This document shows positions 19,123 through 33,026 of a stretch of 64,000 nt of DNA, piece after piece. The stretch is from the NCBI GenBank assembly GCA_964016885.1, contig OZ024756.1, positions 23,932,001-23,996,000 of the forward strand, in the 5' to 3' direction. A program made the position numbers and the translations under genes. A model generated the notes under the pieces. It was not told the DNA's origin, ran no database searches, and saw only the letters and a list, made by a program, of their open reading frames with translations. Within the stretch, counting starts at the first letter, position 1; the number at the start of each line of letters is the position of its first letter. This DNA is from Eledone cirrhosa (taxonomy: Eukaryota).

Positions 19123-19613
19123 ATTAACACTTAGAATTTAATATTCTATCATACTATTTCATTATAATACCATTATAAATTTTAAAGGATTGTAAATAAA
19201 ACGAGTAAATCAGACAAAGTTGGAATTCCTCTTATTAATATAATCTTCTATACACAATCATACACACCCGTGTATATTTACCTATCTATATATATATATA
19301 CAAGAGGAAGCTTAGTAAAATCGAAGCTTTGGCTATGGGCAAGCAAAGTCGACCTACAATAGGAATGAGTTAGCAAAGCACTCAATAAGGGTAGGTCCTT
19401 AGAGTAATAACTGTTTCTACTTTTGGCACAAGTTCAGCAATCACCCAGTGTATTACTGGTACTTTATCTTATCGACCCCGTAAGGATGAAAGGCAAAGTT
19501 AACCTCGGCGGGATTTGAACTTAATAACATACGTTTAAATAGCTTGACAAATTGAACATTGTGGTAGGCGAAACCTAACAAACAATACCAGAGTAACGAA
19601 AAAATTAACAGGT

Positions 19614-19646
<33 letters not shown>

Positions 19647-19651
19647 TATAT

Positions 19652-19760
19652 TGGCTGAGTGGTTAGAGAATTGGATTCGCAATCGTAAGGTTGTGAGTTC
19701 GATTCCTGAACAGGGCGATGCGTTATGACCTTGAGCAAGACACTTTATTTCACGTTGCTC
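19652..19760 (+). mobile_element. tRNA-derived SINE family 2
   Basis: A box TGGCTGAGTGG, B box GAGTTCGATTCC, core ccttgagcaagacactttatttcac. Relatives at 31435-31540, 37330-37560, 41025-41115 (+) and 44500-44670, 52900-53090 (-). Confidence 0.75.
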
Positions 19761-19895
19761 CTTCTATCTGGAGTTGCGACCGATAGATAGTATTAGCAAT
19801 TGGAAAGACCAACGGAAACATTGTATCCTAGGTCAGATTTGACGAAAGTCGATCATTCCTATATATATATAATTCCACAACAGTTAGTTCACCAT

Positions 19896-19938
19896 ACCGA
19901 GAACAAATGTTTCACCTTATGCGGATCTTCAGCTCGGT
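19896..19938 (-). ncRNA. Minimal hammerhead ribozyme motif
   Basis: Minus strand ACCGAG-CTGAAGA-T-CC/gcataa/GG-T-GAAA-CATTTG-TT^CTCGGT. Perfect 6-bp stem I; the ~70-bp insert is bounded by (TA)n on both sides. Confidence 0.75.
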
Positions 19939-20082
19939 CTGAATATATATATACAAGATATGCCACCAGTTCTTTGAGAAAACAACACCATACTTCGGGG
20001 CTTGGTATATTAAAAGATCGAAATAACAGAGGTAAACTTTGTTCCATCATTATGTTTTTCTATTTTTTCTGTTCAAGTACTA

Positions 20083-20141
20083 GCTGTCTAATGAGATCAT
20101 AGCTGTTGAATAATGGCTTACACTGAAATATATATAACAGC
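20083..20141 (+). pseudogene. Decayed family G hammerhead (core CTAATGA)
   Basis: Homologous to 60-205 and ends at the same gacttacacttct-(TA)n junction. G5>A change and broken stem II base. Confidence 0.75.
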
Positions 20142-20193
20142 GAATATGAATAAACGAATGTTAATTTTAACCTGTTGACTTACACTTCTTGTT

Positions 20194-20231
<38 letters not shown>

Positions 20232-20251
20232 CGCGTGTATGTGTCTTTGTA

Positions 20252-20329
<78 letters not shown>

Positions 20330-21013
20330 TTTTTTTTTTTTAAATCTTCGTTCAGTTGTCTGCAAGAAGTTGTTACTCTTCAGAAGATATGTTGAGGAGC
20401 AATTTGTTCCTACTTTAAATATTCCGTTTTTTGTTCGTCGAAAGCCATTTTTTATCCCTCTTTCGCATTCTTATTTTTTTTTTTTTTTTTTCGTGGAAGA
20501 AAAAAAAATCCCTTTTTTTTATTTTCCTTTCACAATTATTTTTATTTTTTATCTAGTTCTTTACTGCAGCCAATTTTTGAAATTAATAAAAAAAATTTAC
20601 GAAACGTGGGCTGGGTGACGTAAATTAGATTTGTAAAGAATTAACAATACGTACACACACATACACACATATATATATACATATTCATACACACATCACA
20701 AAGCTATATATAGAAATATACACATACTCGCACACGCACACGTACACACACACACCTGTAATTATATATGTACCTTTTGAAAATGATTTAGTAGTCTTTA
20801 ATTCCAACCACTTATAAAAGTCCGATTACCAGGTTATATAATACATATATTTTTTTATTATATCTTTTTTATATATTATTTTTTTAATGTTATTATATAT
20901 ACACACACACAGAGACGGACGCATGTATATATATTTATATATATTCGTTATCTGAGCTGACGGGCAAGAAGTGTGGAAGTATCGTATTCATTTATGATTG
21001 TTGTTTGTGTGTG

Positions 21014-21119
<106 letters not shown>

Positions 21120-21240
21120 TTTGTGTAGATATTTCTGTATATATGCATACACACACACACATATACACATACATATATACATATATATATGAATAATTAT
21201 TTATTCTTGCTCTCTCTCTCCCTCTCTCTCTATCTCTCTT

Positions 21241-21280
<40 letters not shown>

Positions 21281-21437
21281 ATTTAAATAGTTGTTTATTT
21301 TGTTGTCGGAACTAAAGGGATGGGAATGGGTTTCTGATTATTAAGGAAACATTTATTAAATTAAAAACAGATTCCAGCTCAAATATTTAGGAAAAAGATA
21401 TGTGTAATTTCGTAACACTGCGTAGAATAATATAAGC

Positions 21438-21524
<87 letters not shown>

Positions 21525-21670
21525 CATATGCATGTATATATGTGTAATTCTATTATATATATATATACTATCAACATTTTATGTCTTTCTTTTGACATGT
21601 TTGATCTGAGATTAGTGGGTCAATTTTATAACAAATACAGTCGCTTATTAACTTATGTATATATATATAT

Positions 21671-21706
<36 letters not shown>

Positions 21707-21846
21707 CTGTGTGTGTGTGTGTGTATATAAATAAATATATATATATATACATTTAGTGTTTCTTTTTATTTGATTTGTGTGTGGGTGGGTGTTCTTTTAT
21801 TTAGTTTTATTTTTATTTCATCGTTGAAATATCTTCCGTAGTTTTT

Positions 21847-22038
21847 TTCTTCTTTTCTTTTCTTTTCTTTTCTTTTCTTTTCTTTTCTTTTCTTTTCTTT
21901 TCTTTTCTTTTCTTTTCTTTTCTTTTCTTTTCTTTTCTTTTCTTTTCTTTTCTTTTCTTTTCTTTTCTTTTCTTTTCTTTTCTTTTCTTTTCTTTTCTTT
22001 TCTTTTCTTTTCTTTTCTTTTCTTTTCTTTTCTTTTCT
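21847..22038. repeat. (TTTTC)n pentanucleotide microsatellite
   Basis: Direct reading. Confidence 0.95.
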
Positions 22039-22317
22039 TTTCTTTTCTTTCTTTCTTTTATTTCTCTTGGCGTGATGTTATTATATAATGAAGGTATTAA
22101 TTTTGTTTGATAATTCGGCGAAGTAGCCTATATTTCAGCAGTGAGGTGAACAGCGTTCTCTCTGTTATCATTTATATGTTATTATTTCCCACCAGAACAT
22201 ATAAATTACCATATTTGTTGGTCTATTGAGCGCTGCCTCGTATAAGGCGACCCCTGGTTTTACAAGGACATTTTGAGAAAAAAATAATTTTTTGTACAAT
22301 TCTTCATTAATTTATTG

Positions 22318-23893
22318 GTTTCTGATTTAGGCACAAGGCCAACAATTTTTGGGGAAGGGAAAGTCGATTATATCGACCCAAGTACGTTACTGGTACGTTA
22401 TTTTATCGATCCTGCAAGGATGAAAGGTAAAGTTAACTCAAAACATAAAGGGCCGTAACTCTATGCTGCAAAGCATGGCGTCCGACCTTATACCGATACT
22501 GCCAATCCACCAGCCTTAATACTACTACTAATAATAATAATGATTTCTAGGATAGGCACAAGGCCAGTAATGGGGGGGGGGGAGTCGATTAAATAGACCC
22601 CAGTACATTACTGGTACTTTATTTTATCGACCCCGTAAGGATGAAAGGTAAAGTTAACCTCGGCAGGATTTGAACTCAGTTCGTAACGGGGCGTAACCTT
22701 ATGCCATAAAGCATGTTGTCCGACCCTCTACAGATAGTGCCAATCCATCGCCCTAATTCTTCCTTAATTTATTAAAAATTATTTCCTTTTTTTTTTCAGA
22801 AACTCTTATATAAGTTCGACACCATTTTGCTTACATAAAATGTATTGTATTACTGTACTAGTAATACTAGTAATACAAACTAGTAATACTATTAATACTA
22901 GTAATACTAGTAATTGTTTCTACGTTAGGCACAAAGCCAGCAATTACTCAGTGCATTACTGGTACTTTATTTTATCGACCCCGTAAGGATGAAAGGCAAA
23001 GTTAACCTCGGCGGGATTTGAACTCAGAATGGCAAGGGCTGTAACTCTATGCGTCAAAGCATGGCGTCCGACCCTCTACCGATACTGCCAATCCACCGCC
23101 CTAGTAATACTAGTAATGCAAACTACATTTTTAGAACCATAATTGTTTTCACTCACCGTTCTGTCTCTCATTGGTGGTACGGGCGTAAAGGACGCAAGGA
23201 AGATTTTTAGTTGGGTCCTTTTTGCGGGGTTTGGGAGGTTGGGGTGAGGGGCACCAATAGGCCGGCAAATATGGTAAGTGAAGACAGTCAGTTGGATAAA
23301 TTCGCTTTGTAACCACATGATTCCAGGTTTGTTCTATCTGCGCGGTACCTTGGGTAGATTTCCTCAACTGTAGCTAGTGGGTGGACTGTGGCTTATGTGT
23401 GGAATTCGATACATGGTTAGCCATTATCTAATATATACATTACTGGCACTCTGATTGTGAAATTAACGTACAAATGGCTGAGCATTTCACAGCTCTCTCA
23501 TGCGCACATACTTATATTTATAAATATAACGGCGGTGGATTGGCAGTATCGGTAGAGGGTCGGACGCCATGCTTTCCAGCATAGTTACGTCCCTTTACGA
23601 TCTGAGTTCTAATCCCGCCGAGGTTGACTTTGCCTTTCATCCTTACGGGGTCGATAAAATAAAGTACCTGTAATGAACTGGGTAATTGCTGGCCTTGTGC
23701 CTAAAGTAGAAACATATATAACAACCCCTATATATATATATATAATAGGTATAAATCGAAGTTATAGACGCAGTAGAGTAGATACCGATCGAATTGTTTG
23801 AGGCAGTCACAAAGCACTCAATGGTGCGAAAAGTTGATACATTTTCGTCCAGAGTAAACACACACACACACACACAGACACACAGACACACAG

Positions 23894-23952
<59 letters not shown>

Positions 23953-24244
23953 GTAGAAATCAACTTTACTTTTCATCCTTCCGGGGTCGATAAAATAAAG
24001 ATTTTATCGACTTTCCCCTCCCCCAAAATTGTTGGCCTTGTGCCTAAATCAGAAAGCATTATCATTATTGGCAGTATCGGTAGAGGGTCGGACGCCATGC
24101 TTTGCAGCATAGAGTTATGTCCCTTTACGATCTGAGTTCAAATCCCGCCGAGGGTGACTTTGCCTTTCATCCTTACGGGGTCGATAAAATAAAGTACCAG
24201 TAATGCACTGGCGAAATTGCTGGCCTTGTGCCTAAAGTAGAAAC
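22318..24244. mobile_element. Cluster of six SINE family 1 copies: three minus (22318-22513, 22543-22753, 22915-23101), three plus (23530-23713, 23955-24056 partial, 24067-24244)
   Basis: Near-identical to the family-1 consensus. Other copies at about 9933, 19412, 25085, 26098, 26340, 30800, 31130, 33640, 34260, 35612, 36712, 37903, 41540, 46091, 49980, 51050, 51256. Confidence 0.85.
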
Positions 24245-24254
24245 AATTATTACT

Positions 24255-24795
24255 GAGATCATTGTGAAGATAACCCCACCACCTTCCTTAAACCGAGAAA
24301 GACAGGCAGTTTTTGTCTGCCTGGTGGACGCGTTTGAAAAGGGTTGAAGACAAGTACTTTCCTCTTTGGTGAAGCCCTGATTCACTTTTTCAAGTTTAAT
24401 CTGAAGAGGTAACGCAAGGTAGAGAGGAAAGTGGTGCCTTCCAATCAGTTTGTTGAATATGGGTGAAAGTCGCGAACAGGGACCGTATATAAATAGCTCT
24501 GCCTTGAGTACACGCCGGTAGACTTGAGAAGAACAACTGAGAGGGGACACTTGCCCTGGCAATCAGGATCACCTTGGCTGTTGTGGGTTTTCTTCACGAG
24601 TCTCCCCACTTTTGTGGTATTTGTTATGTTTGATTTGTTAAATGTATATTTTCTTAGTCTCTGTTATAAATATAATTTTACACAAAAAAACCAACACGGT
24701 ACTATCCTGTACCGTCTTTAATGTTTTCTTAATGTGAACACTGTGTAAACACTGTGTGGCTAATAAAGAAATCATCATCATCATCACCATCATTA
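24255..24795 (+). mobile_element. 5'-truncated LINE 3' end (L1/Tx1-like ORF2 C-terminus, 3' UTR, AATAAA, (ATC)n tail)
   Basis: Broken frame EIIVKITPPPSLNRERQAVFVCLV...FFKFNLKR.RKVERKVVPS is homologous to 42490-42804. The clade assignment is inference. Confidence 0.6.
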
Positions 24796-24829
24796 TTATA
24801 TATTTTTTTCATATCATAGACAGATCGTG

Positions 24830-26090
24830 TATCGTTTTTGTAATCTCAGGAGCAAACCATAACCAACGACAAAGAGTCCTTCGGGATTCTTTCATCAGCT
24901 CGATTTTTTGAGGATCCGTGCAGTTTCCTAATAAAGTGGTTTTCTCTCATTTCAATATCAATCTTCTCCAACCATGATTTCATATTCCTCGTGATTGATT
25001 CAATAATGCTTACCACTCCTACCCCCACCCTACTAAGACCGGTATAATTTCAATTTTTATTATTATTATTTTTTTTATTTGAAAGCGGCGAATTGGCAGT
25101 GCCAGTGCTTTGTGTTATTCGTTACAGCTCTCTACTCTCCCAGTTCAAATCCTGCCGAGGTCAACTTTGCCTTTTATCCTATTCCGGGTCGATAACATAA
25201 ATACCAATTTAATACTAGGATCGATTCTTCCTCTATATCTCTTTCTTATTTCCTCTCTCTCACTTTCTATCTTTCTATTTTTAATGTCATTAACACTTTC
25301 TCGCCTTTCTATTCAATTTTTGGTATTTCTTCTTCAGTCCAACTGAGAATGGATGCACTATAGCTAACCACTGCAACTGCCAAGAGATACATTCCAGTGA
25401 CCAGATTTCTTGCATTCAAGTTAAATTTAAAAACTATTTTTACTCTTTTTGAATATATCCCTTTTAACTTCTTCTTTCATTTCTGCGTGCAAAATATCAT
25501 TTAGTTCTAAAATGCCCAAATATTTAAAGCCACTAACTTCTGGTTCTCCCATGGATTTTCCTAATGGCAGTCGTAATCCACTACAGGCTGCTTTCTTCCT
25601 TCTTTTCATGTTGAGTACAGGGCATTTGGAAATACCAAATCCCATAGAAATGTCGCTGTTACATATCTGGACTGTTTTAACCAATGAGTCTATCTGGTTT
25701 TCAGACTTTCTAAAGCGTTTCAGGTAATCCATAAACAAGTGGTTTAGGAATGGCCCTTGCTTTCCACATTGGTACTACATTTTTATTTTTCTGACTGTGA
25801 GTGTTATATGTATCAGTGCTATAACAATTAGTAACGGTGAGAATGAGACCCCTTGGAAGATATTCCCTTTTAATTTCTCATTCTCCCAGAAAGACATTGC
25901 TTGAGGATAACTTGGTTTTCTACTCTGGCATACTATTCAACATAAACTTTGTGATGTTGCCAGCAATACCAAACATCCGCAGGCATACACAAATCCAAGA
26001 ATGGGGCACCATGTCTTATGCCTTCCTTAAGTCAATGCAGACCATAGACATGTTTGTATGATGTTTCTTACAATGCTTCAAAACTGTCTT
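24830..26090 (-). pseudogene. Decayed non-LTR retrotransposon of RLE-encoding R4/Dong type: RT domain and C-terminal end, interrupted by a SINE at 25085-25330
   Basis: Minus-strand motifs IDLRKA*DMVPHSWI (~26000), RGIFQGVSFSPLL (~25850), HLFMDYLKRF (YMDD-like)...FGISKC...FKYLGILE (25427-25745), and C-terminal PVLVG...KSWLEKIDI (24950-25055). Confidence 0.75.
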
Positions 26091-26542
26091 ATTATTATTG
26101 CAGAATCGGTAGAGCGTTGAACAACATGTTTGGCGGTATAGAGTTACGGCCGTTTACGTTCTGAGTTCAAATACCACCTTACAGATGGGGATCGATTTAA
26201 TCGACTTTTTCCTCCCACCAAAATTGTTGGCCTTGTACCTAGATTAGAAACCAACTGGGGTCGATTTAATCGACTTTTCCCTCCCCCAAAATTGCTGGCC
26301 TTGTGCCTATATAAAAAATCATTATTATATAAGAAGGTAGATTGGTAGTATCGGTAGAGGATCGGACGCCATGCTTTGCTGCATAGAGTTACGTCCCTTT
26401 ACGGTTTGAGTTCAAATCCCGCCAAGGTTGACTTTGCCTTTCATCCTTACGGGGTCGATAAAATAAAGTACCAGTAATGCACTGAGGTAATTGCTGGCCT
26501 TGTGCCAAACGTAGAAACAATTATTATATAATTATCATCACT

Positions 26543-26586
<44 letters not shown>

Positions 26587-26974
26587 TATAGTTAATGGTT
26601 TATTATTACATATAATTAAAACGTACTCTGATGCAACAGAGTGTGTGGAATTGACTTGCAGTTAGATAAGGTGACAAAACTCTGAAACAATATCCGATAC
26701 GCTCAGGTTTTTAGAGTGAAGGGGAAAGGGGGAAGGAAAATGTATTCCATTCATGAATTGAAAAAAAAAACACTCGAAAAGCAAAAAGCAAAAAATAATC
26801 AGAAAGAAAGAAAGAAGAAAAGAGGGATGGAAAGTAAATTGGTCTGTTGACTGGAACATATGCAGAAATCTTTGAGACGTGTCTTGGGAATAATTGATTT
26901 CACGCGAACCGAGGAGAATGTAAAGAGGTAAAGTGTTTAGTCTTACATATCAGACTTTGATGCTAGTAGCGCAA

Positions 26975-27362
26975 TTGGGTGTGTTCAGATGTTGTTGTTG
27001 TTTTTGTTGTTTAGCTCCAGCTCAGCTATCTCTGATCTGTTGCTGTTGTTGTTGTTTAGCTCCAGCTCAGCCTCATCTGAGCTGTTGTTGTTGTTGTTGT
27101 TGGTGGTGGTGGTGTTATTATTGTTGATCCCCAGATCAACCGTCATTGATCTGTTGGTGTTATTGTTTAACCCTAGATCAGCCGTGACTGAGTTGTGATT
27201 GCTTAACCACAGATCAGCAGTCAATGAGCAGACGTATGATTGTTGTTGTTGTTGTTTAGACCCAGATCAGTGGTCACTGATCTGTTATTGTTGTTGTTGT
27301 TGTTGTTGCTTAACTCCAGATCAGCCGTTACTGAGCTGCTGCTGTTATTGTGGCTGTTTAGC
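26975..27362. repeat. Degenerate tandem array of (TGT)n + ttaaccccagatcagc units
   Basis: About seven diverged units of tgtttAACYCCAGATCAGC separated by TGT runs. Confidence 0.7.
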
Positions 27363-27945
27363 AAAAATCAGAGAAAATTGGGAGAGAAAGCAAAATAAAA
27401 GAAAGGACGAGAGATTGAAAATTGCCTTAGCAATTTCTTTATCCCAAAATCTTTCGGATTTACCATCCATTATCAGTGATAAAGGATTAAATCTGAGACT
27501 CTACACAAAAGACTTCGTGGGTTATCTGACGAAGGAGACATTAGATAATGCAGTCTAATAATTTGCAATGTTAGAAGAAGGAGGACGATCACAACCGGAA
27601 TGAATTTGATTTGACATAAGTCTAAATAACACTCTTCTGGATTTTTCGTCTACAAAATTCTACAAAGGACTGGCTAAGCCGAGCTTATAGAAGAACAGCC
27701 TCCAATGTGCGGCGCAGGGTGACTGAACCTAGAGACAAGTGGTTTCTAAGCGAACTTCTTAACCACACAGCCATACCTGCATTGTGTTTGTTACTGTTGT
27801 ACGTCCATTGAAGTATTTATAGCTGTTTCTTTTAAACTAACTACATGATTGTATACTTCAGCTTCCCTCATCTACATCATGTCATCTTAATGTTTCTCAG
27901 ACAACAAAAACACACCAGTGTTTTGGGTGTCTGGGTCTTTTGGTG

Positions 27946-28020
<75 letters not shown>

Positions 28021-28080
28021 CCGCTCGTAACCACACACACGCGCACTTATATTTATATATATTCATATACAAATATTATC

Positions 28081-28180
<100 letters not shown>

Positions 28181-28471
28181 CACATATATATATACATATA
28201 TATATATATACATATATACATATACACACATATATATATATATATATTTATTAAAATAACAGATTAAAGTTTAAGCAAAGAATCGCAATTTTATTATTAT
28301 TACTATATATATACATATATATACATATATATACATATATATACATACATACTTATATATATATATATATAATTATATATATATATATATATAATTATCT
28401 CTATATATATATAATTATATATATATATATAGATAGATAATTATATATATATATATATATACATATACATA

Positions 28472-28609
<138 letters not shown>

Positions 28610-28796
28610 ATATATATATATATACATACTTATATATATATATAATATATATATATATACATACTTATATATATATATAATATATATATATATACATACT
28701 TATATATATATATAATATATATATATATACATACTTATATATATATATAATATATATATATATACATACTTATATATATATATATACATATACATA

Positions 28797-28838
<42 letters not shown>

Positions 28839-28840
28839 CT

Positions 28841-28915
<75 letters not shown>

Positions 28916-28917
28916 CT

Positions 28918-28948
<31 letters not shown>

Positions 28949-28988
28949 TATATATACATACTTATATATATATATATACATATACATA

Positions 28989-29028
<40 letters not shown>

Positions 29029-29123
29029 CTTATATATATATATCTACATACACACACACACATATATATATACATATATATATACATACACACACACATA
29101 TATATATATAAATATATATATAT

Positions 29124-29174
<51 letters not shown>

Positions 29175-29528
29175 CACACACACATATATATATATATGTA
29201 TATTTATATGAGTGTGTGTATGCGATATGTCTGCGTGTCATATATATTAAGATTCTTATACATACGTGTGTACGAATGTATATAAACATACATTCGTATA
29301 GTTATACCCTCCCACACACACACCCTCCTCTCTCTCTCCCTTCCCCCTTCTCTCTTACACCCCATCTCTCCCGCCTTCTCCCCCCTCTCTCTCTCACTTT
29401 CTCTCTCACTCTCTCTCTCGTTTCCTTGTAAATCAATTATGTCCTGTAAACGAAAACATCTGACTTTAGATCCTAACACACGTGCTTTTTAACTGTTTCA
29501 GTATTGTTTATCACATTACATAATAATC

Positions 29529-29635
<107 letters not shown>

Positions 29636-29931
29636 TATTATTATCATTTTTATTTGTTTATTTATTTATCACATTACATAACAATGATGAATAAAACACC
29701 AAGTCCAACATTAACGATAACTACAGCAAAAGCAATGTCGTCCACCCCCCGTTACTGTTATTTCAACAGGCATATATATATATATATATATATATATTAT
29801 ACACAATTATACACACACACACGCACAGAAACACATAGATCGCGCGCATATACACGACCCAGAAAGTAATACATATGTACATCTTATACACATATAGATC
29901 AGAATATATATATATGTATATATATATATAT

Positions 29932-30369
29932 AGTTAAAAGAATAGAGGTGTAACACACAAGTTATTATATATTGGTAAACGGAATAGAAAATGCTGACAA
30001 ATTGTTCACAGTTGAAAAATGGTTTATATATATATATTGGTAAACGGAATAGAAAATGGTGACAAATTGTTCACAGTTGAAAAATGGTTTAATTAGGAAT
30101 AAAAGAGTGTTAGTGATTGTATGGGTTAGTATTCAGTTGTGGTTTTAAGTTTTTAAGTTTTTACCGGTTGCGCATTTCTAAATGCTTTTCAAAAATAATT
30201 TTGACTCAAAATTATTTTTGAAAAGCATTTAGAAATGCGCAACCGGTAAAAACTTAAAAACTTAAAACCACAACTGAATACTAACCCATACAATCACTAA
30301 CACTCTTTTATTCCTAATTAAACCATTTTTCAACTGTGAACAATTTGTCAGCATTTTCTATTCCGTTTA

Positions 30370-30375
<6 letters not shown>
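29932..30375. mobile_element. Family A element: 341-bp near-perfect palindrome (30035-30375, centre 30205) plus an adjacent partial copy, inside (TA)n
   Basis: 170-bp arms with one mismatch; second copy at 46705-47049. Confidence 0.85.
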
Positions 30376-30406
<31 letters not shown>

Positions 30407-30601
30407 AAAAATTAGCTTTTAAATTATTTTTAATTCCTTACACATGTTTCAAAAGAGTTGTAATCGAATAATGTTAGGTGAAAATTCGTATAATCAAGAA
30501 CTATACATATACAATGATATCGATATAGAGATATTGTTTGCACTTCTCCGTCTACGGAGGATTTAAAAAAAAAAAAATTAAATTGAAGCAGAATATATCC
30601 T

Positions 30602-30724
<123 letters not shown>

Positions 30725-32026
30725 AATATTGAGTTTAAGAACAAGTATGAGAGTGTCTGACAAAATGCTACGTATAGTATATCTTTGCGGTGCTCGGTGG
30801 CAACTTGGCGTCGGTTAGAATACTTTGTGGTAATCGTTCCGACTTTCTGATCTCTGAGTTCAAATCCCGCCGAAGTCAATTTTGCCTCTCATCCCTTTCT
30901 AAGTCGATTATAAAAGTACCAGTCATGTACTGGTGGGGTCGACTCTTCCCCTATATATCTTTCTCACTTCCATTCTCTCGCTCTTTATCCTTTTTCTGGA
31001 ATAAATCTGCTGTATTCAGACGTGGAGAGGAGATGGGCTCCACAAAATGTTTGAAATATGCCCTAGAAACGCCGTAACTCAATATGGCGCCTCTACGACC
31101 CTCTGTGGGAGTTACGGGACAATGCCATGCCATTTCTTTACCATCTGATTTCAAATCCAACCGAAGTCAACTTTGCCTTTCATTCTTCCCGGTCGATGAA
31201 ATAAAATACCAGTTCGATATATTTGACACGCCCCCCCCCCCCTCCCCCTAAAAAAAAAATCGATGACCTTCTGCCAGTGTTAGAAATAATTATTAGACCT
31301 AGTTTCTAATATTGCAACATATGTGGTCAGCATATTGTAAAATGTTTATTTATGGGGTATGGTGGCGATGGAGTTCAAGTTTAGCCTCTAACTAGTATAA
31401 TTAATTCAACCAGTCTAATGCCTTCAAAGGGAAGACGCGTGGCTTAGTGGTTAGAAAATTGGATTCACAATCGTGAGGTTGCGAGTTCAATTCCTGGACC
31501 GGGCGATGCATTATGTCCTTGAACAAGATACTTTGCTCTTTCTGCTCAGGAGTTGCGACTAGTAGATAGCAATAGTATCAGCAGTAGGACATACCAATGG
31601 AAACATTGTTTTCTCGGTCCTATTTGAAGAGTCCCCCCCCCCCCCCCCCCGCAACTTGGTAAATGAATGAGATCTGGGATCTTGTCGATCAAAAAAAAAA
31701 AAAAAAAAAAAAAAAAAGCCCCCCAAAATATACCCTTAAAGTAAAGATGCTCCTTAGAGGGATCATGCCTTCTCGTTGACAGGAACACATCTCACCTCAA
31801 ATTCAGGGGTTTGGGTGGAAGTAAGGGATTGTATCTATGCGTGGGATAAGTCAATGTTTGTAGGGTCTTTTTTTTATCACCAGCATTAAATATATGTGAG
31901 GTCGTCGGATTATGGTTTTATTGTCTGTATATATTTAGAACAGACAATCTCATTTAATATGTTGTGTGTTTTAGATGGGTCCTTCGGTTTGCTATCTGTA
32001 TATTTAAGGATTTTCATCGTTGTGGT

Positions 32027-32672
32027 GGCAGTGTTGTTGTTGTTAGTGGTGGTGGTGGCGGTGGTGGTGTTGGCGATGGTAATAGTGGTGTTGGTGTTGG
32101 TAATATTGGTAATAGTGTTGGTGGTGATGGTGGCGGAGGTGATAGTGGTAATGGCAGTGTTGTTGTTGTTAGTGGTGGTGGTGGCGGTGGTGGTGTTGGC
32201 GATGGTAATAGTGGTGTTGGTGTTGGTAATATTGGTAATAGTGTTGGTGGTGATGGTGGCGGAGGTGATAGTGGTAATGGCAGTGTTGTTGTTGTTAGTG
32301 GTGGTGGTGGCGGTGGTGGTGTTGGCGATGGTAATAGTGGTGTTGGTGTTGGTAATATTGGTAATAGTGTTGGTGGTGATGGTGGCGGAGGTGATAGTGG
32401 TAATGGCAGTGTTGTTGTTGTTAGTGGTGGTGGTGGCGGTGGTGGTGTTGGCGATGGTAATAGTGGTGTTGGTGTTGGTAATATTGGTAATAGTGTTGGT
32501 GGTGATGGTGGCGGAGGTGATAGTGGTAATGGCAGTGTTGTTGTTGTTAGTGGTGGTGGTGGCGGTGGTGGTGTTGGCGATGGTAATAGTGGTGTTGGTG
32601 TTGGTAATATTGGTAATAGTGTTGGTGGCGGAGGTGATAGTGGTAATGGCAGTGGTGGTGGTGGTGGTGGTG
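32027..32672. repeat. 126-bp G/T-rich minisatellite, 5 near-identical units
   Basis: Unit starts at 32027, 32153 and so on; the last unit has a 9-bp deletion. Confidence 0.92.
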
Positions 32673-32887
32673 TTGTTGAGTAGGCGGTTGAAACATTTTC
32701 TTTCAGATCATTTTATCCTTCCTAACTTATTGCTCGTATGACCTTTGACATTCCTGTCTATGTTTACAATAGGATTATTGTTGTTGTTGTTATGCCTTTC
32801 CTTTTTTTCTTCTTTTTTTTTTTCACCCAGCAGACGACATCATCCTAGATACATTGCACGTAGACACAGACGAGCAAATATTCAGAT

Positions 32888-33026
<139 letters not shown>

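Noticed and set aside
20343-20398. Minus-strand ATCTT-CTGAAGA...GAAC-GAAGAT hammerhead-like pattern
   Set aside because: Lacks GAAA, stem II pairing and the UH site.
23149-23367. Possible minus-strand exon ending at a GTGAGT donor (23156)
   Set aside because: No clear acceptor, and the upstream part overlaps a decayed tRNA-derived SINE.
24868-24900. Minus-strand CTGATGA followed by a hairpin
   Set aside because: No GAAA after the stem; lies in a LINE remnant.
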